A program made the position numbers and the translations under genes. Below are positions 12,520 to 27,859 of a stretch of DNA of 64,000 nt, piece by piece (the first letter of the stretch is position 1; every line of letters begins with the position of its first letter). The DNA is taken from assembly GCF_009914755.1 (NCBI RefSeq), contig NC_060945.1; one strand, 5' to 3'. The notes beneath the pieces were generated by a model. It saw only the letters and a program-made list of their open reading frames with translations, was not told the DNA's origin and searched no databases. The DNA is from the human T2T-CHM13v2.0 reference genome, Homo sapiens.

Positions 12520-13040
12520 CTCTTTTAACTTCTTATCTTAAAATAATCTCAGGCATAGAGATAGTTGTCAAAATAGTATAGAAAATTTCCATATATCCAT
12601 CATTCAACATCCCTAATATTAATATCTTTCATAACCATAATCCACTTATCACACCAAAGAAATTAACTGTGTACAGTATTCTTAACTAAACTGCAGACTT
12701 TATTTTACCATTTTTCTGTTATTATTAACTTATTTTATTTTAAGTTCTAGGACCATGGTTCATTGTAGCACTATTCACATATTTATTTTAATGTTCTTTT
12801 TTTCTGTTCTTGGATCCAATTCACATTGCATTTGGTTTTTATACTTCTTAGTCACCTCCAATTGCTCATGGTTCATTCGTCTTTTCTTGGCTTTTATGAC
12901 CTTACAATTTTAGAGAGCCAGATATTTTGTGGAATATTCCCCAATTGAATCTGTCTAAGGTTTCCTCATATGTAGATTGAGGTTATACATTTGGGAAGAG
13001 ATGTAACTCTTGTCTTGTGCCATCTCAGGGAGTCATGATG
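12520..13040 (-). mobile_element. L1MC-like 3' fragment
   Basis: aaataatctcaggcatagagatagttgtcaaaatagtatagaaaatttcc. Confidence 0.55.
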
Positions 13041-13412
13041 CCAATAAATCTTTGAGTAATTCTGGAATTGTTTTAAAATTCAGATTTTTAATAGAAGTCC
13101 TTTTCTTACTATATACCCAGAATCAACGAAGTCAAAAATCAAAGTCTTTGCCACGGTTTAGAATCATATATAAAATGATAGCTACATGTGAAGTATAAAC
13201 CAAAGAGAATGATATTGCTCCACAAAAAGTGATGAAACACCTTATCACTCAACATTTTACAAGTGAATGCTGCCACCATGACTTCTCTTACACGCTTATC
13301 ATCCTTCCTTATCACTTTGGAGCTACACTCTTATTCCCAAGTCTGCATATATGTATTTAGGCTGAAGGATATTATTGGGTGAAAGTAGGATTTTTAAAAA
13401 ATGGAAGCCATC

Positions 13413-13693
13413 ACGTCCATAACCCCAGGCTTTGGGAGGCCGAGGCGGGCGGATCTTGAGGTCAGGAGATCAAGACCATCCTGGCCAACATGGTGAAACC
13501 CCATCTCTACTAAAAATACAAAAATTAGCTGGGCGTGGTGGCACGCACCAGCTATTCATAAGGCTGAGGCAGAGAATCCAGGAGAATCACTTGAAACCAG
13601 GAGGTGGAGGTTGCAGTGAGATTGTGCCACTGCACTCCAGCCAGGCAACAGAGCTAGTCTCTGTCTCACAACAACAACAACAACAACAACAAA
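13413..13693 (+). mobile_element. Alu, 5'-truncated, with (CAA)n tail
   Basis: TSD aaaa(a/g)tggaagccat. Confidence 0.93.
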
Positions 13694-13970
13694 AAGTGGA
13701 AGCCATGTGGGTTACTCTTGGTTGCTGGTAATGTAGTTTAAATTTGACATCTGAAATAAATGAGTCATCAAAATAGGAGATGGATCTCTTATTAAAGGTA
13801 CATTATTTCATTATATTCAACATTCCTGAGAAACAGCAAAGTTGTCTTGGATGTATTGGTTACAAGGAATATTTTAGATGGTTTCAATGCTAATTAGTGT
13901 GGAATGTGAATCTAACAGTGCCTGTGATTTGTCCCACATACCATTCATGTGGCATTTAAGGCCCTTATTA

Positions 13971-14016
13971 TAAGCTTAAAACTTTAAACTTAAAACTCTA
14001 TAAACTTAAAACTCTA
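13971..14016 (+). repeat. Short tandem triplication (taaacttaaaactcta x2 plus one degenerate copy)
   Basis: Units at 13971-13984, 13985-14000 and 14001-14016. Confidence 0.9.
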
Positions 14017-14060
14017 GAATCTGATCCTGCTATACAACTGAGCCTACCTTTCTTGAAACC

Positions 14061-14207
14061 ATGAGCTTTGATAACAACTACCATGGTGGCCAGGGCTATG
14101 CCAAAGGAGGCCTGGGCTGCAGCTATGGCTGTGGTCATAGCGGCTATGGCTATGCCTGCTACTGCCCATGGTGTTATGAAAGATCTTGGTTTTCTGGCTG
14201 CTTCTGA
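14061..14207 (+). CDS. KRTAP22-1: Keratin-associated protein 22-1 (48 aa)
   Basis: Hand translation MSFDNNYHGGQGYAKGGLGCSYGCGHSGYGYACYCPWCYERSWFSGCF*; 'cttgaaaccATG' context shared with KRTAP20-2. Confidence 0.92.
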   Translation: MSFDNNYHGGQGYAKGGLGCSYGCGHSGYGYACYCPWCYERSWFSGCF

Positions 14208-16413
14208 GAAATTAGAGATTGCTGATCTGTTTAGGCCATTCTCTTATGAGCTATGTTTTCTTCCCGTGTTTTTTTCTGTTCAAAGAGTGACAACTAAAAT
14301 TTAGCTCACATTGCCAAGTCAGAATTTATTTGATCAATTAGCTGGAATTTCCAACAATTTAATCAAACGAAAAAAGAACCTTTGATGTTGTGTTACTAGT
14401 ATATGATTAAGTACAAATAATGTTAAGCATTTTCATTTGGGAAAAAGTCTAAATTTATTTTTCTTCAAAGGTAATTTATTTTGCAAACCTACAGCATTTT
14501 CCTACCTATATTTATTTATCTAGAGTACCTATATTATTTGTGATTGTGTGTGTGTGTTCAGGAGCACATATGTAAGGTTGCTGACCCATTGGAAACTTAC
14601 AGTTGATGATGTGGATGTGTTAGGTCTGACCAATAGTACTTTGATAAAATGTATTCTCATGGGCAGAGCCAAGTGGTACTATAATTTACTTTGATCTATC
14701 AAAGCCTCATCTTCAGTGTATCCAATGTTTGACTAAAATCATTGGCAAAAATAGTACCTCCCTTCTCATCACTTTATTCTGTTGCACATACATTACATTT
14801 CTTGATACTTAGTTGCATTTTTGGCTCTAGATAGCTGTAACTTTTTCTCTAAATCCTATATTATGGCTGTTTCTTTTAACTCTGAAAAAATATACTCTTG
14901 AACTCATCCTATGCCTGGTGGCTGCATAGACAGCACTTCCAAGTGTCAGTCCCATGTGGCCACAGAGAGTCCATCAAATTTAAGTATGTTTCTGTGAACC
15001 TTTTATCAAGGTCAATATCTGCTACCTCAGGTAATACTTTCTTCTTGAAGACACAAGTCTGACCCAAAATACAAGCTGAAAAATATAGACTTCAGTTTGC
15101 CAGCCGTGCTCAAGTTAAGCAAAGCTGTTCTTTATTCACTCTACTTATTATTTATCAGTCGACATTGATAAAAATATAAAGCAAAAATATCTTCTAATCT
15201 GTTAGTGACTAATGTTAACATTTGGAGTTTCTACAACTAATAAAATATTCATACAAAATTACTTTGTTAATGGCTATTATAGTATGAAGTTGGCTAAACT
15301 CTTAACTAGCTTCCAAATACATGATTTTTTAAAACATCTAGATGAAACAATAATAAAGAATTTTTTAAAATTCTTCATCAATTAAAGACAGACAACATAT
15401 AGAGCCGTATCACTCTGACATCTCCAAGTATTGACAGGCAGTGAAACTGAAGGGAGACTGAAGAAAGCATCTTTGTCACAGCCTTGGCTTTTGTCCTGCC
15501 ATAGTGGGCAGGAATCTTAGGAGTCAGATTCCCAGAATGTCCTATTTTAGCATGGTCAAAAAAGCCAGAGTAAGAACTCTGTAAAACCTGACTTTGGACT
15601 CAATAACCCATCATACTCAGAAAACTGCTCATCAAATATCAGGCCCTCATCAGACTTAGTATATACTTTAGAAAAATTAAAATATTTGGTAATTATCCTA
15701 AGGCCACACAGCAAATAAAGACACATTTATTCAAGAAAATCTACTAAATATAGGGTTAGTGAGAGACTTCATTCACTTGTTCACAATCAGCTCTTTTCGT
15801 ACTTCCTCCTCCAGCTCACCATGACAGACCCACCGCTCTGGGTAGTGAGACCAATTTATAGTGCTTCTTCTATCCCCATCTGAAGGGCTACAGTATCTCT
15901 CCTCTGTGTGCAGGTGATTAGCATATCTCATGTCCAGTTCTGTGTGGCAGTGGCTAAAGTCCAAGTGAATCTGACCAAGAGGTATGTGTCTCCATTCCTC
16001 TACCTTTTTCCCACTTGTAGTGCCAGGGATCTACCAAAGGCATGACAGGCCAGTTATCTTAAGCTTCTATCACTCTCTCCACCACCCTGATCATTCATAA
16101 GAGAGATTTTTCGTGACAGATATTGCAAGCTTAAAAAACTAGAAGCTACTGCCCAAACCCAGAGAGTGCTAGTAATGATGTTATGTCTCTATGAGAAAAT
16201 AAGCAAGTAGTTGTTCCTATTCCCAGTTCTGGAGTAGTTGCTTCAATATTTTGCACAGACAAAAGGCAAGCCATAAGAACATAGAGATCTGAATCTTTTC
16301 TCAAGTGAACTAGTTGATTTAGAAGAGTGTGTAGAAGATTTAACTTAAGTTTAGACTTTGAAACAATGGCGATTTTGGTGATAAGTAATTAAGAGAAAAC
16401 TGGTTTCACCATG

Positions 16414-16775
16414 TGATATGGTTTGGCTGTGTTCCCACCCAAATATTACCTTGAATTGTAGCTCTCATAATTTCCATGTGTTTTGGGAGGGACCCATAGG
16501 GAGATAATTGAATCATGCGGGTGTTTTCCCCTATACTGTTCTCGTGGTAGTGAATAAGTCTCACAGGATCTGATGATTTTATAAGAGGTTTTCCTTTTCA
16601 CTTAGCTTTCATTCTCTCTTGCCTGCTGCCATGTAAGACGTGCCTTTTGCCTCCTGCCATGATTGTGAGGTCTCCCCAGCCATGTGAAACTGTGAGTTCA
16701 TTAAACCTCTTTTTCTTTATAAATTACCCAGTCTCGGGTATGTCTTTATCAGCAGTGTGAGAACGGACTAATATA
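16414..16775 (+). mobile_element. THE1/MST solo LTR
   Basis: tgatatggtttggctgtg...ggactaatata; TSD ccatg/ccctg. Confidence 0.92.
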
Positions 16776-17819
16776 CCCTGAAAGCAACCAACTAAACCAT
16801 AGGCCAGCAAGTGTATCAGAGAGAACCAGAAAAGATAGCCAGGAGAAGCCCTTCTGGGTTCAGAGCAGATTTCAGACTGGCCTCAAAAACTTTGACAAAG
16901 AATTCAAATTTATTCATTTTTTCCAGCTTTATTGAGGTGTCATTGACAAATAAAAATGTATGTATTTAATATATACAATGTGATTTTATACACACACACA
17001 TATATATTAAAATAATTACCACAAACAACCTAATTAATATATCCATAACCTTACATGATTACCTTTTCCACCCCTGTGGTGAGTACCCTTAATATATACT
17101 CTGTTAGTAAACTGATAAGACACAGAGTAGTATGGTAGTTGCCAGGAATGGAAGTTGGGGGAATGGAAAATGTTATTCAAAGAGTATGAACCTTCAGTTA
17201 TAAGATGAATAAGTTCAAAATATCTAATATACAGCATAGCTACTATAAACAATAACTGTATTTTATACTAAAATTGTGTTATGAGTCTAAATTTAATTGA
17301 ATCAGATTGTGAAGCAATTTACATCCAAGAGCATTGTCAAAAATAATGACACAATCCCCTAAAAATTATTGTGCCTAACAGCTGAGTGTAATACCAACAA
17401 AGTCCAACTGCTTATCAGAGAGTGGAAGGAAAGAGAAAATCTAAGAGGGTTCAGACAAAACCTCAGAAATACAGTACACATGCTGTAGCTGTGCCTTTTA
17501 AGGAATAACATCAAAAGTTTCATGCTGAACTCAATAACATAGCCCAGCCTAGTCTCTAAGCAAATAAGGAAACAATAAGCTCTGGAGCAGGGGGGAGAGA
17601 ATATCTACAGTTTATAGAATATAAAATCTAAAATGTGCAGTTGAGAGAGAAAGAGAGAGAAGATGCAAGAAACAGGAAGATGTGACCCATATGCCAGTGA
17701 AAAATCAAGCAACAGAAACTGTCTCTGAGAGCATCCGGATGTTAGACATACCAGACAAATATTTTAGCCATTTATATATGTTCAAAGTACAAAAGGAAAC
17801 CATGCTTCAAGAAACAAAT

Positions 17820-20800
17820 GAGAGGCAGAGGCAGAGCAAGATGGCAAGATAGAAAGCTCCACCAGTTGCCTCCCCTCCCCCAACAAGGACAGCAAGTTAA
17901 CAACTATCTACACCAAAAAAAAAACACCTTCATAAGAACCAAAAATAAGGTAAACACTCATAGTACCTGGTTTTACTTCATACTGCTGAAGGAGGTACTG
18001 AACAGATAGAAGACACAGTCCTGGATTGCTGATGCCAACCTCCCCACATCCCCAACAAGGGCAGCCTGGTGCAGAGAGCATCTCTGGGTGCTGGAGGACA
18101 GAGAACACAGCAATTGTGAGGCATTAAACTCAGTGTTGTTCTGTTAGAGCAGAAAGGAAAGCCAGGGCAAACTCAGCTGACACTCACGGACACAAGGGAG
18201 CATTTACACCAGGCCTGACCAGACAGGAATCACCGATCCCTGTGGTCCAAACTTGAGTGCCTGCAAACCTCTCCATCAAGGGCCAAAGTGTTCTCTCTCT
18301 CTAAGTAAACTTGAAAGGCAATCAAGGCCATAAGGACTGCAACTTCTAGGAAAGTCCTAGGGCTGAACCAGGCCAAGAGCCAGTGGACTGGAGGGGAGGG
18401 GAGAATGCAACATACTGAGACACCGCTTGGACAGTGAAGGGAATGTTGGCTTCATCTCTTCCATAACCTTAGGGGCTACACAGCTCACAGCTCCAAAAGA
18501 GTCCTCTTCCTTCTCTTTGAGGGGAGGACTTTGTCTTGTATCTTGGATTCCAGCTCAACCACAGCAGAATAGGGCAGCAGAGTTGTGAGGCCCCCTTTCC
18601 AGGGCCTAGCTTGCAGACAACATTTCTAGACACACCCTGGGTCAGAAGGGAAACTACTGCCTTGAAGGAAAGGACCCAGCATTTATCACCTGTTAACTAA
18701 AGAGCCCTAGAGTCCTGGATAACTAGCAGTGATACCCAGGTACTATACTGAGGGCCTTGGTGAGCCTCTGAGATTTGCTGGCTTCAGGTGAGACTCAGTA
18801 CATTCCCAGCTGTGGTGGTTACAGGGCAAAACTCCTTCAGCTTCAGAAAAGCAGAAGATAAAGTAAAGGGGACTTTATCTCACACCTTAGGTACCAACAC
18901 TGCCACAAGGGGATAGAGCACCAAGCAGGCTCTTGCGGGTCCCTGAATCTAAGACTTGACACTTGGATGGCATTGCTGGGCCTGCCCCGGGCCAGAGAGG
19001 AATCCATTGCCCTAAAGGGTGAGTCCTAGGCAAGGCAGCATTCACCACAGCTGACTTAAGGAAACTTGGGCCTGAGGGGAATACAGGAGGTACTCTGTCA
19101 ATACTCCTCATGGCCAGGGGTGGCAGTGGCTACAAGATGAGGCTCCTCATCTTTGGAAAGGAAGGGAAGAGTGGGAAGGACTGTGTCTTGTGGTTTGAGT
19201 GCCAGCTCAGCCACAATACAATAGAATACCAGGAAAACTTCCAAAGTTGTTGACTCTAGTCCCTGACACTCAGATGGCATTTCTAGACCCACCTGAGGCC
19301 TGGGGAACTTCACTGTCCTGAAGGGAAGGACACAGGCCTGGCTGGCTTTGCCACCTGCTGATTGAAGAGCACCCGGGCCTGAGCAAACATAGGCAGTAGC
19401 CAGGGAGTGGTTACAGCAGGCCTTGAGTGAGAATCTTAGCACCGTGCTAGCTTCAGGTTTGACCCAGTGCAGTCATAGTGGTGTTGGCCATAGTGGTGCC
19501 TGTGGCACTCCACCCCCAGCTTTTAGTGACTCAGAACAGAAACAAAAACTCTGTATATTTGGGAGAAAAAAATAGAAGAAAACAAGAGTTTCTGCCTGGT
19601 AGTCCAGAGAATTCTCCCAGATCTTGTCTGGGAGACATCAAGAAAGTACTTCTATGAGTCTGCAAGAACCACAGCATTACTGGGCTTGAGGTGCCCCCAA
19701 AAGTAGAAACAGCTTAGATCACAGCACCCAGGTCCTTTCAAATATCTGGAAAGCCTTCTCAAGAAGGACAGCTACAAATAAGCCCAGGCAGTGAGGACTA
19801 CAATAAATACCTAACTCTCTAATGCCCAGACACTGAAGAATACCTACTAGCGACAACACCATCCAGGAAAACATGACACCACCAAATGAACTAAATAAGC
19901 CACTGGCAACCAAGCCTGGAGAAACAGAGATATGTGACCTTTCAGAGAGAGAATTCAAAATAGATGGGTTGAGGAAACTCAAAGAAATTGAAGATAACAC
20001 AAAGAATTAATTCAGAATTCTATCAGATAAACTTAACAGAGATTAAAATAATTAAAAAGTGTCAAGCATAAATTCTGGAGCTGAAAAATGCAATTGGCAT
20101 ACTGAAGAATGATGCCTTGTTTAGAAAACCTCATCGTTTTAGCCCAAAAGCTTCTTAAGCTGATAAGCAACTTTGGCAAAGTCTCAGGATACAAAATCAA
20201 CGTGCAAAATTCATTAGCATTTCTATATATCAACAACAGACAAGCAGACAGTCATATCATGAATGAACTCCCATTCACAATTGCTACAAAGAGAATAAAA
20301 TATCTAGGAATGCAGCTAACAAGGGAAGTGAAGGACTTCTTCAAGGAGAACTACAAACCACTGCTCAAAGAAATCAGAGAGGATGCAAACTAATGAAAAA
20401 ACATTCGATGCTCATGGATAAGAAGAATCAATAATGTGAAAATGGCCATACTGCCCAAAGTAATTTATAGATTCAATGCTATTTCCGTGAAACTACTGTT
20501 GACATTCTTCACACAATTAGAAAAAACTATTTTAAAATGTATATGAAACAATAAAAGAGCTCAAATAACCAAGATAATCCTAAACAAAAAGAACAAAGAT
20601 GGAGGCATCATGCTACCCAACTTCAAACTGTACTACAAAACTATAGTAATCAAAACAGCATAGTACTTGTACAAGAACAGACACAAAGATCAATGGGACA
20701 GAACGCAGAACTCAGAAATAAGACCACACACCTAAAACCAACTGACTTTCAGCAAACCTGGCAAAAGCAAGCAATGGGAAAATGATTCCCTATTTAAAAA

Positions 20801-20915
20801 ACAGTGCTGGGAGAACTAGAACCATATGCAGAAAATTGAAACTGGACCCCTTCCTTGCACCTTATGCAAAAATTAACTCAAGATGGATTAAGGACTTAAA
20901 AGTAAAACTCAAAAC
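17820..20915 (+). mobile_element. L1: 5'UTR/ORF1 start joined to distal ORF2
   Basis: ORF1-like DLSEREFK near 19935; ORF2-like [16 protein letters not shown] from ~20150. Confidence 0.85.
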
Positions 20916-20930
20916 TCATGTGGCTTTGGG

Positions 20931-21236
20931 TTGTTTGTTTGTTTGTTTGTTTTTTGAGACAGGTTTCATTCTGTCACCCAGGCTGGAATTCAGTGGCATG
21001 ATCTCTTCTCACTGCAACCTCTGCCTCCCAGGTTCAAGAAATTCTCCTGCCCCAACCTCCTGAGTAGCTGAGGCTACAGACTTGCACCACCACACTTGGC
21101 TAATTTTTGTAATTTTACTAGAGACAGGGTCTCACTATCTTATACAGGCTGGTCTCAAACTCGAGGCCTCAAGTGATTCTCCCACCTCCACTTCCCAAAG
21201 TGCTGGGATTACAGGTGTTAGCCACCACACCTGGCC
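20931..21236 (-). mobile_element. Alu (J/S type) with (GTTT)n tail
   Basis: Alu consensus. Confidence 0.93.
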
Positions 21237-23569
21237 TTTCTTGCTGCTTTCAAGATCTTTTCCTTTATCTTTACTGGTCATGGTTTAGCTATGATATTTG
21301 GGGTGTTAATTTTGTTTTGTTTTGTTTTCTTCTTTCACTTGAATTACTTATTGACATGTCCTAAATAGGGACAGTGAATATTAATCTAGAATTACCAATT
21401 ATAATATAAACACTATTAAAATATTAGATTTCAATGATAAACAAACACTGAAAGCTCTCAGGAAAACCATTACATAATTTACAATAGGAAAATAATTAGG
21501 CTATTCATCGGAATTTTCAAAAGTGACATTCAAAGAAAGACAAAAAGAAAAGCATTTTAAAGAACCTAATAAAAGAAAGCGTTATCCAAGTTCTTTATAT
21601 TTAACAAAGCTGCCCTCCATATATCAATGGAGTAGAACAACAGCTTCCTACATACAAAAAGTAGACATTTTTGCATCCACAAGCCCATATAGAGTAACAC
21701 CCTAGAGGGTGAGCATCATCTAATCAAGGGATGAATGGGAAGTGTTAAGCAAAGTATTGAATATATATGTGTGTATGTGTGCATCTGTGAGTGTGTGGGG
21801 ATACAAACATATGTGTTTTGGTATGAATGTATGTGTGTATGTATGTGTGTGATGATATGAATTTGGTGTGCTACCAAATATAGGGATTAGATGGGAGGAT
21901 TAATAATACATAAATAATATATTTTGTGATGGAAAAGTAGTTATAATCCAACTAAATGACAAAGGGATAATAGAAGAAGAATGGAAGAGGAAAAGAGAAC
22001 AAGCTAATTGTTGTTTTATAGACGAGAGGAAGTTAAATAATATTAATATAAGCTATTGTGTCAGATAATAAAATGTTAAATTTAAAAAGAGGGAACAGAG
22101 AACATTAAAATTAGTATATATACAAAGGTAACCAGATAGCCACTAATATAACTACCAACCATCAAAATACCATTTAAAATTTTTTTTTATTTTTGTGGGT
22201 ATTCATTAAAGCATAAAGAATAGGACCAAACATACCAGTCATGGCAATACATGTGAATTTAATTAATTAAAATAAACATTTTAAATTTGGCTGTTGAACT
22301 AAGCCTAACTATATGTTTTATATAAACACCTGAAACAAAATGATTTCAAAATGCAAAATTAAAGCCATGCACAAAGGTGTCTGGGAAAAAAATCCCAATA
22401 GAAAACATAACAACTCCACTGTCAGATAGATAGAAATGAGGGAAAAGGCATTAAAAGTGATAAAGAAGAAAACTTACCAAGCAAGAGACACGCAAATCAC
22501 AAGATATCTATTATATATATATATGTATATTTATGCACCAAATAATGCTAAGACCCCCTTTATGAAGACACAGATACCAGATACATGCCACTGAGAGACA
22601 TAAGTAGAAACACACTAATAAGCAGCACTCTTGGAACAAGACAGATCAAGTGGAAAAAATAAACAAGCAGAGATAAGATCTAAACAATATATTCAAAAGG
22701 TAGCTCTCATTTATATAGACTGACCTTTATGCCTTGATAATAATGACCTTTATGCCCTGATAATAAATAATATACCTTTTTTCTCCAGTTCTCATGGAAC
22801 ATCCACACAAAGGTCATACATAATGTCCGGCAGAAAAGATTCGTTTTATAAAACAGAAATAATGGGAAAGGTACTCTCTGATGTCACACAACAATATTAA
22901 TAACTACTAACAAGAACAAAGAACAGAAAAATCCTTTAACCTGGAAAGTAACAAGCCTTGTATTTAAAAAAATGTTCTTTGTTGAAAGAAGACATACAAA
23001 TATAATTACCAGTTTTCAATAATTAATGATAGTTTAAATAATCTGTAACAGGGCCTATGAGAAATATTTTTAAAGTGGTTAGGAACAATTCATAGCACTG
23101 ACATGTTATCAGTAAAAATAGAAGAAAATAAATTAATATTATGAAATATTAATTATATTTCATTAATTATGTAATATGAATTATGTTTTAGCTCAAATAT
23201 TTCCCAAGGGACAATTAAGTAAATGAAAAATACACAAAGATTAAAATAATAAATAGAGAAGGAGATATTAATGAGGTACAAAAAGAAAAAATACATGTAA
23301 TCACATGAAATGCTATTATTTGAAAGATTAACAAAACTTGTAAACTACCTGCTAACTTGATCAAAGAAAAAAATCGAGAAACCATATGCGCAATTAATAG
23401 TAAGAGGGAAATAAACATTGAAACAGAAGACATTTGAAATACCATATAAGACTGGGTTTCAGAGCTCTATGTACGTAAATTGATAATGTCCTGGAGAAGT
23501 GCAGATGACCAAAATGGACACCTTTCAACTTAGAAATCATAAACAGATTCATTTTCTTAAAGTTAATGA

Positions 23570-24729
<1,160 letters not shown>

Positions 24730-24933
24730 AAAGTTTTTTAAAAAAGGACTTTAAGGGACAGTTTTTAAATAAAGAAGAAAAATAAAAATTAACAACAGAA
24801 AAGCCCAAACCCAGATGATTTCTCAGGAGACTTCTACCAAATATTTAAAGACAAAGCAATCCCAATATTGTACAAATTGTCAAAGAGCACTTAAAATGAA
24901 GGACAACTTCCTAATTCCTATTATGAAGGGTGT

Positions 24934-25281
24934 ATAGTCATCCCCACTTATCCCAAAGGATAAGTTCCAAGATGCCCAGTGAATACTTGAAACCAAGATA
25001 GTAACAAAGCCTATATGTAGTATGTTTTTTCTGTATACATACATACCTGTGATAAAGTTTAATTTACAAAATAGTCACAGTAAGAGATTAACAACAATAT
25101 CTAATAATAGAAGGAACGTATAACAATTACTGTAAAAACAAGTTATGTAAATACAGTCTTTCTCTTTCCCCACCCATCTCTCTCTCTCTCTCTGAAAATA
25201 GTTTAATATTTTCTCACAGTGGCTGATCTTGGGTAACTGAAACTACAGAAACTGAAATTATGGTTAAGGGAAAACTACTGT
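24934..25281. mobile_element. Tigger-derived MITE (MER44-like)
   Basis: Imperfect TIRs tagtcatccccacttatcc / ggttaagggaaaactactg followed by TA. Confidence 0.7.
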
Positions 25282-25319
25282 ATGCACTGAATTTGCAGTG
25301 AGAAGAATCAACATGCCCA

Positions 25320-25780
25320 GTGATTGCTGCCTCCACATGTCCGTACTCTTGTGTAAGCCCCTCTCTGTGAGTGAGGGTGAGACCTGTTGCTTTTAGCCAA
25401 TAGAATATGGTGTATGTTTATGATTATGTGTGCTTATGTGATTATGTTACATAAGACTGTAGTACCCATCTTGCTGGAGTCTCTTGCCCTCCCTTGCTGG
25501 TTTTGAAAAACAAGCAATTATGTTTCAAAACCCCTTTGACAAGGAACTGTGAGCATCCTTTTGGAGGTGAGGGTTGCCTCCAAAAGATAGCTAGCAAGGC
25601 ACTGCAACAAATGGCCAACAAGAAAATGAAAATGAGCCCTTTAGTCCTACAACTGCAAGGAACTGAATTCTGCTAACAAAGGCATGACCTTGGAAATGGA
25701 TCCTTCCCCAGATAAGCCCTGGGTACAATCAGCCCCATTTAAGATCTTGAATTGCAGCCTTGTGAGACTTTGAAGCTTCT
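25320..25780 (+). mobile_element. MLT1-type LTR
   Basis: ttagtcctacaactgcaaggaactgaattctgc...ttgcagccttgtgagac. Confidence 0.75.
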
Positions 25781-26342
25781 CGGTTTATACCTGAAATAGT
25801 GTTTTTATTTAATTATTATGGCCCACTATGCAGGTCAAATAGCTTTATAACCTATTACTAGCTTAGAGTATACTAGATTATAAAACTATTCCTTTGGTTA
25901 TGTCTCATTAAAAAATAGTTTCTTTAAAATGGAAGATTCAAAATGAAGGATATAGTAACAAGCATTCATTTATTTTAGGAGATATGCACAAGAAGGCTTC
26001 GGAAAATTAAATTTTTTCTTTGTTATGTGACAGACAGCAGGCAATGCATAACCCAACATATAAATGATAGGTACTTAATTTAGTATTGAGAATTACTCAG
26101 CACAACATAAATTCTTCCCCTACAAGCAAAGGAGGAAACTGAAATTTATTAAAAAGCTTACTTTTCTAAAACAATTGAGCTTTGAATTGGCAAAGAAACC
26201 TCTCTAGAAATTGTAAGAAAAATATCTCCCAAAGAATTTAATTGTTAGCTTTCATGCAAACTGAAACAAAAACTATTGGTAAGAAATTTTAAATATTAAA
26301 TGATTGACATAAACACCAGGTTTCTCTTCTGGATTAAATGTG

Positions 26343-26348
26343 TTTATT
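26343..26348 (-). terminator. Poly(A) signal of KRTAP6-1
   Basis: AATAAA ~280 nt after the stop; conserved with KRTAP6-3. Confidence 0.8.
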
Positions 26349-26628
26349 AGGTGAACAGAGAAAAAAGCTCCATCATAAAAGTCATCAAGGCAGATGATGT
26401 GACACCATCATTCTGATGAAAGGAGAACTGACAGGTGAATTTTACCTTATCCCGTTTCATGATGGAAATTCAAGATATTTGTAGGTTAGATGGTAGCTCA
26501 ACAACAGACCATATTAGACTTCCATTGCAGGATATCATCACTCAAGGGAAAATCTCAGAACATGTGGGCTTCAGAATTAGTGAATCTCAGTATCACAGGA
26601 TAGAGGGTGAGAGTCTCCCATGGCATCC

Positions 26629-26844
26629 TCAATAATAGTAGCCAGAGCCAGAGCCGCATCCATAGCCATAGCCACAGAGGGAGCGGGAGCCATAGCCATA
26701 GCCACAGCCCAGTCTGCGGAAGCCACAGCCACAGCAGGAGCCATAGCCACAGCCCAGGCCTCCATAGCCATAGCCCAGGCCTCCATAGCCACAGAACCCA
26801 TAGCCAGGGGTGCCATAGTAGTTTCCGTAGTAGCTGCCACACAT
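26629..26844 (-). CDS. KRTAP6-1: Keratin-associated protein 6-1 (71 aa)
   Basis: [19 protein letters not shown]...GSGYYY*; TATAAAA 26924-26930(-); AATAAA 26343-26348(-). Confidence 0.96.
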   Translation of the reverse strand: MCGSYYGNYYGTPGYGFCGYGGLGYGYGGLGCGYGSCCGCGFRRLGCGYGYGSRSLCGYGYGCGSGSGYYY

Positions 26845-26921
26845 GGTGTTGGTTGTGGAGGTTGTCCTTGGGTAGGAGGAAGTGTAGGTGACTTCAGTAT
26901 GAACACTTCCCCTGCAGAGGG

Positions 26922-26960
26922 CCTTTTATATGCCTCAGTGTGGGTGGGAACCATACACAA
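26922..26960 (-). promoter_or_regulatory. KRTAP6-1 TATA box with CACCC box
   Basis: Minus strand reads ggttcccacccacactgaggcaTATAAAAgg. Confidence 0.85.
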
Positions 26961-27859
26961 GTCATGCCATTGGCTAATTTGAAGGACCAGCATGAGTAAT
27001 TTGTTGACTCTTGGTTTTCAATCGTGGCCTTGTGGCATTTAGAACATTTTCTATTGTTCAGCCACATCTGAAACATTTGTGCATCTTTAATGAGCATCAA
27101 CTGTCTGATCTTTAAAACTCTACTCACACCAGACATTCAAATTACCATTTTCCAACCAGCCTTTATGGCAAGAAATAGCATTTTAGTAAACAAACTGACC
27201 TGTTCTAAACAACCAATAATTTTACCTTATTTTTGCTGACATTCAACAGGTCATGGTAATCTCCCTTGAGCTTGAGTTTCTCCATCTCTTTCCTGCTGCT
27301 CCAAACCCATTGTTTTCCTTTAGGAATTCTTCTCATTTTCACATGAGAGATGGTTTTCTTTTAAAAGCCAGAAAGTGTCACTCAGCTTCCAGAGACTGTT
27401 GACACAAAGCCAATAGTTTGAAATTCTAAAATACCAGGCATGAGAAAACTATACTTTTCTTTCTCACATCAATATTTCCTTTTGTGACTGTTTTAAAACA
27501 ATAGTTCTTTCCCATAGTTTCAAATTCGTAATCAATGAGGTTTCATTTTATTTATAAAATTGTATTTTTATAAAAATTTTCCTGAAATTTCAAGGCATTT
27601 GTTATATTTGTGTTCTGGCTCAAAAGTAAGTATAGGTATTTTCATATTTAAAACAATAATACTGGCAGAAGTATCTTTTCATGCAACCTACTATATTTCC
27701 ACCATCAAACAAGAAGTCTTTGGCAAAATATGAGACTATGAGGAACATGTTACTATAGCCTAATCTTTTTTCAAAGCAGTGAAGATCAGAGCTAAATTGA
27801 ATGATTAAGTCAAGTAGCCCTCTGGACTTATATTCTTAGTAAGATGACTTTATAAGAGT

